The position numbers and the translations under genes were made by a program. A DNA stretch of 63,653 bases, counting the filler, from Vannella sp. (lineage: Eukaryota), in assembly GCA_023345925.1 (NCBI GenBank). It is 6 parts of 6 records of this genome, joined end to end, with 100 filler letters (N's around TTAATTAATTAA, not from the genome) between each part and the next. Parts side by side here need not be neighbours in the genome. Positions count along the whole stretch, not along the records: positions 40,399 to 62,106 come from JAJQQN010001301.1; 5 more parts are not named here. One strand, given 5' to 3'. Under the pieces are notes generated by a model. That model made no database searches. It was not told the DNA's origin and saw only the letters and a list, made by a program, of their open reading frames with translations. Position 1 is the stretch's first letter; each line of letters starts with the position of its first letter. Below, one piece after another: positions 51,747-60,500 of the stretch.

Positions 51747-54700
51747 CTATTGCCTTACGCGCGCTTGGTGCTCCGGTGGAATACCAGAAATGCAGCGGAA
51801 GCCCTTCGAGAGAAGTTTGTTGGCACGCAAAGCAGCATAGGTTGGATTACTCCAACTCTCATACAAGTTGAATTGGCTTTTCCTGATATTGTCAATGGTA
51901 TCATTGATGGTGTAGTTATCCACGTATACCTTTTGCTCAAAGAGGAGCTGTCCGTTTTGTTTACGAAGGCAGATGTTGTTGACATCTGCATCTGCCTGAG
52001 TTGCGGGAGTACTTCCTGGTTCCACAATATCAACGTCCACTGAATTAGTGCCAAAGGTGAGAGTTGCAGTGTTAAGGACACCTTTACCTCCCCCCAATAC
52101 CCTTCCTCGTAATTTCAACTGAAAAGTCATTCCGTTCACTTGAGCGTAGTTGGTGAACAGAGCCTCCACATTGTTGAAAGTTTGCCCCTTGGGGAGACTT
52201 GCATCAATGTCACTTGGAGGCCGATTGCGAATGACCCAGTCCCGAAGAAAACCACCATAGATTGTCATCGAGCAAGCATGCAACACAAATCGAGCAATGT
52301 GGATGAACAGATGGTCTCGTTCTCGTAAGTTAAGTGGACCTTGACTGAACAGAAGGACAGTTCTATCCGAGATTTCCCCAAGAGAATCGTCTCCACGGTC
52401 AGGAACTGGCAAATCATTTGATATCTGTTTCTCGCTCAGTTTAGCTTGTAAGTCTCCAATAATTGACGACATGTGGCGAAGAGCAGCAGAGCCCTCTAAA
52501 TGAATGGTAACTGTTTGAGTATTCACGGACAGTTCAAGGCGGAGAATGAATTTCTCTTCTCCTGAAGCGGCAACTTTCTTCCAAGCACCAATGAACTTTG
52601 CTTTAAACGCATCAAACTGTTCGGCAAATTTTGCCACATCCTTAGCAGATGCATCTGAGAGGGACAAATGGATTATTCTGGTTTGATTGACAGCAACCTC
52701 AATCCTGATAACCTCATTCTCGATCAAAGCAATCTCGTGAGGACTTGCAATCACTTTGATAGCGACAGTATTATCATCATCACCACAGATTGATATGCTA
52801 GTGTGAGGGAACTTTTGACAAAGCGCTGCTACTTGAGGTGTGGTCCAAAAATCTGCGTTGTGCTTTCGAAGGTAAACTGTGCATTTTCCTCTCGAAGTGA
52901 CACTTGGCATGAGTCCAATGCACTTGAATTTTCGTTTCAGCTTTGCAAAAGTGTCGTTTCTTACAAACGTTATTCCGTAGACAACTGGCTGAGCCATCTG
53001 ATCGCTACTAATGGCAGAAGTGTACAAGGCTTTAAAACCATCTGGAATATAATCGAAACGCACAAGAGATTGGTCGTGGATCCACGCAGAGGCTCTTGGA
53101 ATCTCCTCTTCCTTTTGGCGAGGATGAAGAGCAAACCAAGACTTCTCTTCTTCTTTTGGCAAAGAAAAGAAGACTTCATTTGGCTTGTCACCGCTGTCAC
53201 ATGTACCAACTTGGTCAAAGAAGGCAATGCAAAGTGCTTTTTCAACTGCAGATTGCCAATCTGACTCACCGCAATCAAAAGGATCATTGGCAGGGAGCAT
53301 GTGTTTGTACATGAGTCTGTGAAGATATTCCACATTGTAAGACGTCTGCTCTAGAACAGGAAGAGAGAGATCTAGGTCAAGGGCCCATTGAATCTCCTTC
53401 TGCCGCCTCCTTTGGCACAGATATTCATCGTAAATCTTCAAGTAAGTCAAGTGGTCACTCCTTGTTATGCAACCATCAGGTTGAAAGAAGATCTTTGAGT
53501 TGCTTCGCACAAGAATCCTATCTGCTCCAGCCATTAAGAGAGCTACAAGATGAGATCCTTTTTTGCCATAGCCAAGCTCGCAACAAGCCATCAAGAGTCG
53601 AGACAAGCGAATGTCAATCTCCAGTTGAAGAACCAAGATACCTTCTTTGGTTATCGCAAGGCCTTGAGGACCACGGCCCTTACTCTCAAGAAGGCCGAAG
53701 TTAACAAGTCTCTTTCTCGTGGCAACTTGGAGTGGTTCGGGAATTGGCTCTGGCATTTGGAAGTCAGAGTGCTGAATTGAAGTCTCAAGCCAATAGGAAA
53801 GTAAAATGGCTCGTTCCACGTTCGCAAACTGAATTGCTGGAGCAGAATCTGGAGCTAAAGAAGCGAATTCCGCCTCAGAATACATCCGAATGCACATTCC
53901 TGGGCCTTGGCGACCAGAACGTCCTTTCCGCTGTTCTGCAGAAGGGTGGGAGACCCACGAGGCGCTCTGACCACTCATGCTAAACTGGTTGACATAGTGA
54001 GAAGAGCGATGGAATCCCATATCGATGACATAAGACACTCCAGGAATAGTCAGTCCAGTCTCTGCCTCAGTTGTAGCAAACACAACAAGGCGCTCACTCG
54101 AGGAGTGGAACACAGATGCTCTTTGAGATTCAATAGAATCGCCACAAAGTGTTAACACTTCAATTTCGCCCTTCCCATTAGCCACTTGCTTGTCTCCGGA
54201 GAGCTTTTCGGAGGTAATTCGGACTAGTTTGTCGATTGTCGTCAATTCTTCTGGATGCGCAAGAGCTTCTTTTACATCGTAGGCTGCTTTGTGGGCCTCT
54301 TCGTCTCCAGTAACGAATACCAGAATTGTTCCTTTCTTTGTTGTAGAAATGAGCTCCAAAACAGCTTGGACAGTTGCATCTGTGCGGGCTTTGTTCTCTC
54401 CAAATTTGCCCAGTTCTTTCGAGTCACTGTCAAGTAAAGGGCGGTACTCAACAGCTACCGGAAAGGTTACTCCAGGAATGACAAGTACCCCAGATAGCAG
54501 CGTTGTTTTCCCGACCAAGTAAGAGCGGAACCATTCGCCATTGATTGTTGCACTGGTAACGACCACTCGCAGAGGAGCCTTTACAATCTGGCCAGAGCGG
54601 CGTTTAAGCATAGCCTTTACCATACCAAGGCACATGTCAATCTCGAGAGATCTTTCATGGGCCTCATCTAGAATGATGGCTCCGTACTCATGGAACTTGT

Positions 54701-56423
54701 CATCTGTTAGAAATTTGCTTGCAAAGAGCTCGTGGGTCATGAACATGATACGAGTAGAAGGTCTGAAAGATCCTTTACCGAATCCACATTCCCAGCCCAC
54801 TTCTTCTCCTAAAGCAGAGCCGCGTTCGAAAGCAACCCTTTTGGCAAGATACTCCGCATTGATTTGTCGAGGCTCCAGTACAAGCACGCGCTGCCCTGGA
54901 TCGATCACATGGTCTAGCAGATACTGTGGAATTTGGGTGCTCTTTCCTGACCCGGGAGTGGCTTGCACAACGCAAACATCCAAAGATGAGAACTTCCTGA
55001 TAAGATTCTGCTTCTCGGCGTATATCGGCAAGAGTGCTGATTTCTGATAGCCTTCTCGACGAACTTGCCAGTTAAGACGGTCTATCAGCTCTGGGTGCCT
55101 CTCAACTTGGTTTCGGTAGTTCTGAAGTTCCTCTTTGTATCGGAGGAAGGTCTGTAAACCTCGTTTGAAGATTTCAGTGACGAAAGAGTTCATCTGTGAT
55201 TCCAATTTCTTGATTTGCTCTTCTCTGAGGGCTTTTTGGCGAAGGTACTCTTCCTGGTATTTTGATTGATCCTTTTCGGGAATCACCGGGCCAAAGTCCA
55301 CAATTGCGCGAACATTAACACATTCAACGTCCATAAATACGTGCACAGGAGGGGAACCATTGATTGGGACGACTGGGTTGCCTCCTTTTAAACCACGCAT
55401 CACCAGCAAGGACCCGTTTACTCTGACATAACTCTTTGGAATATCCGTAGTGGAACTGGAATAAGCCCCGTCACCACAAGCTCGTCCATTGAGCTTTTCC
55501 TTTAGACTGAAACCAGAGTAAGAGATTGCAGTGGCACGCCAAGTCTCAGGAGTTCCGTGATAAAGAGGATAGATTTCCTCGCAACCCGGATACTTCTCCT
55601 TACAACGCTCCCAGATGCGATTTTGTTGGATAACAGCCACTTTTCGGATGAATTGGATGCGATTCTGATGAGTGGCAGGAACCAAACGGTAGATCTCTTG
55701 ATAAAATGAGCCTTTTGGATCCACAATGGACACGAGAGGCTGCGGAGGGGCGGTTGGGAAACGTATCAAATCAGTTATTGAGCTCTCGCTGAAGGTTTCC
55801 AACTTCATCAGCATCTTAAACGCCTTCAATTGGGCAGCTTCCCCTTTTTGTTGAAGGACTCGCAAGTCTCTTTCTACCTTCTCCAGCTCTTCTTGGATCT
55901 TACTCTGAACGAAAGGACGAATGCTGCAATAGAGGCGGTGAATGAGAAGGGCTCGGAACTCTGGACAGTCAATGAGATCCTGAATGGCGTCTGAAATGGG
56001 ATAAAGTTGGCCGAGGAAGTAAGCAGACTGTCCTTCTAACGCAGAAGCAGTGAACCAGCCTTGGTTAGAGCGATTCCAATGGCCATTGGAGGGATCATCA
56101 ATGACAAGGACACCGAGGCAGCGAGGTCCAAACCACATCTTGTGCGCCTTACAGAAGGCTTCATTGACCTCATCCTCATCAAACTGCACTCGAGAAGAGA
56201 ACAAACGGAGTCCAGATTGTTCAATAAGCTCCCCCTCACGTGGAACACCACCAAAATGGTGGACTTGGGGTCGCAAACCTTTCGTCGACACCTGAAGAAG
56301 CAATTGCGGGCTTCCCGACTTACTCTCCATCCGCACAACCACTACCACTACTCTTTGGTACGCCAGTTGGTCCCCCCAACGAAACCTACTCCCGGGTTCG
56401 ACCACATACGTGTCCTCGGACAT
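51747..56423 (-). CDS. NUDIX-like - PARP/ART-like - DEAH/RHA helicase (HA2) - class II nucleotidyltransferase-head fusion protein, ~1558 aa, no introns seen
   Basis: LYHGT..ISYSGF..GRACGDGAYSS (PARP-like); ATPGSGKSTQIPQY, ILDEAHER, TSATI, ATTEAETGLTIPGV, EQRKGRSGR (DEAH); IYGGFLRDW..PSDIDA..DADVNN (NTase). Confidence 0.85.
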   Translation of the reverse strand: MSEDTYVVEPGSRFRWGDQLAYQRVVVVVVRMESKSGSPQLLLQVSTKGLRPQVHHFGGVPREGELIEQSGLRLFSSRVQFDEDEVNEAFCKAHKMWFGPRCLGVLVIDDPSNGHWNRSNQGWFTASALEGQSAYFLGQLYPISDAIQDLIDCPEFRALLIHRLYCSIRPFVQSKIQEELEKVERDLRVLQQKGEAAQLKAFKMLMKLETFSESSITDLIRFPTAPPQPLVSIVDPKGSFYQEIYRLVPATHQNRIQFIRKVAVIQQNRIWERCKEKYPGCEEIYPLYHGTPETWRATAISYSGFSLKEKLNGRACGDGAYSSSTTDIPKSYVRVNGSLLVMRGLKGGNPVVPINGSPPVHVFMDVECVNVRAIVDFGPVIPEKDQSKYQEEYLRQKALREEQIKKLESQMNSFVTEIFKRGLQTFLRYKEELQNYRNQVERHPELIDRLNWQVRREGYQKSALLPIYAEKQNLIRKFSSLDVCVVQATPGSGKSTQIPQYLLDHVIDPGQRVLVLEPRQINAEYLAKRVAFERGSALGEEVGWECGFGKGSFRPSTRIMFMTHELFASKFLTDDKFHEYGAIILDEAHERSLEIDMCLGMVKAMLKRRSGQIVKAPLRVVVTSATINGEWFRSYLVGKTTLLSGVLVIPGVTFPVAVEYRPLLDSDSKELGKFGENKARTDATVQAVLELISTTKKGTILVFVTGDEEAHKAAYDVKEALAHPEELTTIDKLVRITSEKLSGDKQVANGKGEIEVLTLCGDSIESQRASVFHSSSERLVVFATTEAETGLTIPGVSYVIDMGFHRSSHYVNQFSMSGQSASWVSHPSAEQRKGRSGRQGPGMCIRMYSEAEFASLAPDSAPAIQFANVERAILLSYWLETSIQHSDFQMPEPIPEPLQVATRKRLVNFGLLESKGRGPQGLAITKEGILVLQLEIDIRLSRLLMACCELGYGKKGSHLVALLMAGADRILVRSNSKIFFQPDGCITRSDHLTYLKIYDEYLCQRRRQKEIQWALDLDLSLPVLEQTSYNVEYLHRLMYKHMLPANDPFDCGESDWQSAVEKALCIAFFDQVGTCDSGDKPNEVFFSLPKEEEKSWFALHPRQKEEEIPRASAWIHDQSLVRFDYIPDGFKALYTSAISSDQMAQPVVYGITFVRNDTFAKLKRKFKCIGLMPSVTSRGKCTVYLRKHNADFWTTPQVAALCQKFPHTSISICGDDDNTVAIKVIASPHEIALIENEVIRIEVAVNQTRIIHLSLSDASAKDVAKFAEQFDAFKAKFIGAWKKVAASGEEKFILRLELSVNTQTVTIHLEGSAALRHMSSIIGDLQAKLSEKQISNDLPVPDRGDDSLGEISDRTVLLFSQGPLNLRERDHLFIHIARFVLHACSMTIYGGFLRDWVIRNRPPSDIDASLPKGQTFNNVEALFTNYAQVNGMTFQLKLRGRVLGGGKGVLNTATLTFGTNSVDVDIVEPGSTPATQADADVNNICLRKQNGQLLFEQKVYVDNYTINDTIDNIRKSQFNLYESWSNPTYAALRANKLLSKGFRCISGIPPEHQARVRQ

Positions 56424-56700
56424 CCTCCAGCCCAAAATGGCTTCAAAACCACTCCGAATTAACCCGCAACTTGGCAAAACCGATTTAGGATATCTTTTAA
56501 GAATTAGATAATTTTCGTACACCCAACCACGTCCGCTGGCCTGCGGAGATTTCCCGAAGGAAAAGATGAAACGCTCGAGGGTCAGTTTCTGTCGACTGCT
56601 CGCGAGTGCTGAACAGATCACCTAAAACCTTCCTATTATGGGCCCAGCCCCAAAATCAAGGCCAAGGAGTGTTGAGAGCGTTTGTTTATATGTTGGACAC

Positions 56701-56902
56701 ATCAAGCAAACAGAAAGAGTAGATGAAGTCTCACGCTGCTTGGATTTTGGGGGGACGATTCACTTGGTAAGAACCCGCAAGGACGAGTACCAAAGTCAGC
56801 AAGAACCGCCACTGATGAGCACTTGGCCATTGGCGGAACTTGGCAATCGGAGTACAGACATATCATATCAAGCAAGCAAACAGAAAGAGTAGATGAAGTC
56901 TC
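56701..56902. repeat. dispersed ~30-bp direct repeat in the divergent intergenic region
   Basis: caagcaaacagaaagagtagatgaagtctc at ~56703 and ~56873. Confidence 0.85.
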
Positions 56903-57077
56903 TGATATATCAGGGGAGTAAAGGAGGCTCTTGCACCAACGAGCAAGAACATAGAAGTAGACTCCTATTCTTTAGAGCCTCATCAATACGGTCAGGCTTG
57001 ACTACGAGATGTGATATAGCCGTTAAGGTCAATACATTTGGTGCTTCTGCCAATCTTTTGCGCTGGCGATCGAGATC

Positions 57078-57190
57078 TTCTGAACGTGAGTAGGAGGTTA
57101 CTACTCACCCAGATCAAGTGCGAGTGAGAGTTTCTGAACGTGAGTAGGAGGTTACTACTCACCCAGATCAAGTGCGAGTGAGAGTTTCTG
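57078..57190. repeat. 2 x 54-bp tandem repeat, each unit with an 8-bp hairpin (gtgagtag-gaggtta-ctactcac)
   Basis: Exact duplication starting at 57078 and 57132. Confidence 0.9.
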
Positions 57191-57581
57191 GGAATCTAGA
57201 TTCCTTTACTCGTCTTAACCATACTAATAGATGGGTTTTGCACCTCTTTTACTGACTTAAGCGGCCGAACCGAGACAAAATGCGTCCTATCGGGAAAGAG
57301 CACCTGATGTCATGCTCATTTTCTCAGCCTATATCCCAATGATAGTACTATGAAGTACTTCCCTTCTAAAAAACCGTCGAAAATTCGCAAGGACTTTTGT
57401 GGGATTTTTGAGACGCCTTGAAGCTCTCACGACCTAAGATTTTATGTTAATTGGATGTTGTCATATATATCGGAAGTAAAGAGGAGATTTGGATCAAAGG
57501 GATAAAATGCGAGAGGCATTCTGATTGGCTGATAAAGTTCCCTTCTTCAGGATGGACAGTTTCTTTATTTTTTTCTCTCTC

Positions 57582-60500
57582 ATGGGCAAGGCAAAGAAGG
57601 GAGAACCTCAGGTCCGTGAGATCACCATGGCTGAATACCTAAAGCAGCAGAGGGAGAAGTTGGCCAAACTTGAGCTAAATACCTCCCAACGAACTGTCGA
57701 ATTGGGAGCCGACTTCCAACAGAAGTTCAAGCTGTTGGAGAAGGAGGAGGAAGTCCCTGAGGGAGTAAAGGTCGCCAAGAAGTCCAACAAGAAGAAGAAG
57801 GTTGCCAAGCCTAAGGCTGCTGTCATTGAGGTTGGCTTCTCTTTCATGAGCGCTTCTGACAGCACGACCGACAGCCGTCCCGATCGCAGCTCCCGTGAGG
57901 AATGCCCTCCACGTGACCGTGCCTCCCGTGAGGATCGTGGTCCTCGCAAGGGAAAGGGTGATCGACGCCCAAAGAAGGAGAGCTACTGTACCTTGTCAAG
58001 AGAGCTTGGCGAGCTGGAGGACCTTGCCTTTCGTGGATCAGACATAGACTTTGAGGAACTCACCGAAAGCGGGCGGCTTTCAGTAGAAGGGGCGACCAAC
58101 ACGTCTTGGCAGCGCTTCATCCGCTTCTTTGTCGATGAGGTTGAACCAGAGACTTGCCCGCGCACTGTTATCGAGTTGACAAAACACCCAATGTTCTGGA
58201 ATGCAAAGGAACTCAATCTGGAGGTGCTGGACGACTACCTCCAGGTATTGAGGGGTTTCCTCTTCCTTCCTGCTGCTACAGAGGAGAATCGGTTGCCTGC
58301 CCTTCTCACACACCTGAAGGAGATGGTCAAGAAAAGTTCCAAGTCTTATGGAGAGAGCAAAGTGGCAGAGTGGCTCTTTGTACTCAAAGAGTGCGACCAG
58401 CGGATGAGAGAGATCAAGAGAGTAAGAGCTGAAGTGACCGCTATGGAAGATGAGAGATTCTCAGCCTGGCAATCCCTCCAGCAACTGCCAGAGGTTCTTG
58501 CGGCACTCTCTAAGAAACAAGCACCGAGGTTCTTTGACACTCTTCAGCGATCTGGTCAGCTGGAGGAACTACTGAATAGTGCAATCGTCCCGGAAGTATC
58601 TGATAACAGTGTGGAGGTGAGAGAGAATCAAATCTCCTTCCAAAAGGTGTGGATTCCCTTTATTGAAAACGTCATCGCTTGCAGCGAGCGCTCTGTACTT
58701 CAGGCCATCATCAAGCACGAATCGTTCTTTTGGGAGATTGACAGTGTCCTCAAGAAGGTAGCACCCGACCGAAAGGCTGCTGTTGTGGCCTTCCAAGCCA
58801 CCCTTGGCTGCCTTTCGTGCATCATTCGCCTCATTCCTTCTGCTCAAGACCACTACCGAGTCACACCTCTGCTAACTTCCATCTTGGCGTTGCTTGATAA
58901 GAACGGAGGGCGCTTTGAACCGAACGGAACTCCCAATGCACTGTACATCCAATTCCATCAATGTACCGCTTCATTAGTGAGGAACGCAGACATCACTAAT
59001 CTAGAAGATCTATCCAACCAGTATGGCTGGCGCCATACCAATGATAAGGAGAATATCGATGATATTCGCCTTGCTCCTGACCTGGAAGAGATCCTTTGCC
59101 CCTTTCAAGCTCGCATTCCCACCGCTGATGGCACTTTCGAAGCATACGTAGAAAAGCAGTTCCGCATGCAAAGAGAAGAGGCTTTGAGAGGATACATGAA
59201 GGCAATGCAGTGGCTCATCCGAGAGGGCCACAAGAAGGTGCGGTCGGATCATGACTTTGTCAAATCTCCAAGTCAAAGTCTCAAAGCCATCTTCAACGTG
59301 TTCCACAACTTCGGCCACAAGGCAAATGACACATACACTTTTGACTTGCCCACGGGGGTGGGTAAAAGCGCAATCAGTCAATGGAATTACTGGAATACTG
59401 GGTCAGGCTCTAAAGACATCAGCCTCAACTGTCCGATGATGATGATGTACCGGCGAGACGGTGGCGACACACGGTTCTATCCCTGCCAAGTCATAGTTCC
59501 TGTGCAGGTATTGGAGCCGTCCATGGATCAAAGTGGCAATTTCCACTATCAAGCACCCGAGTGCGCGATTGATGTGAAAATTTTGAACTCTCCGTGGCAG
59601 GAGAAGAACTACAAGAGCCAACGGTTCCTCATTGGGCTCAAAGGGATGTTCTTTATGACTCCCCAAGCTGTTCTTGACAATCTCAAAGCATTGAAAGGTA
59701 CTATGCCTTTCCTGAAACAAATCCAAGTTCCACCTGGACCACCAGGTGCTTCACAGCCCCAGTTTGACAAATCACAAAATTACGCCCCGGCATATCTGCG
59801 CGATAGGAAGCTGGACTTTCCCATTGGCGCTCACTTCTACGATGACCCTCAGCTGACGGGTTTCGAGATAGGTGACACGTATGAGGCAACTTTGTCGAAG
59901 TTTCGCCCATTTGCTCTTGGTCTGGATGAGTCCCAGTTGGAAGCATTTGTAGCGAGTATTACACACCCAGTGGCACTAATTCAGGGACCACCAGGTACTG
60001 GAAAGAGCTTCGTTGGCGTTTATATAGCGCGTTTTCTTCTCCTCAATACCACTCGTAGCAGACCAAGTCTTCCAGCTCAATTGGATTCTGAACTCAAGGA
60101 TGATCAAATGGAAGAGATCGGAGATGAAGAGAGTGGAGAGCAAGAGAGTCTATCCGAGGCAGAAAGTGAGCCTTTCAGTGAGCAAGAATCTGATGAGGGC
60201 TCGAAGGCTGTTTTGCCAATCTTGGTAGTCGCCCAAACCAATCATGCATTGGACGAGTTCTTAATGAGCCTTATTTCTTCTGGAGCAGTCTCCAGAAAAG
60301 AAGTCCTCCGAATGGGAAAATCCATCATAAGACAAGAGCTTCGCCCCTGTTTGCTCTTGCGTGACGAGAAAGGTTCGATTAGAGAGAACGCTTGTGAGCG
60401 TGCAAGAGCGTGTAAGGTGGTGGGAATCACTACTTCAGGTTGTGCCCTTAACCCTCAACTGATTGCTGAACTGAAGCCGAAAGTTATCATTTGCGAAGAG

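Noticed and set aside
57078..57190. CRISPR-like repeat
   Set aside because: Only two adjacent identical units with no spacers, no cas genes, eukaryotic context
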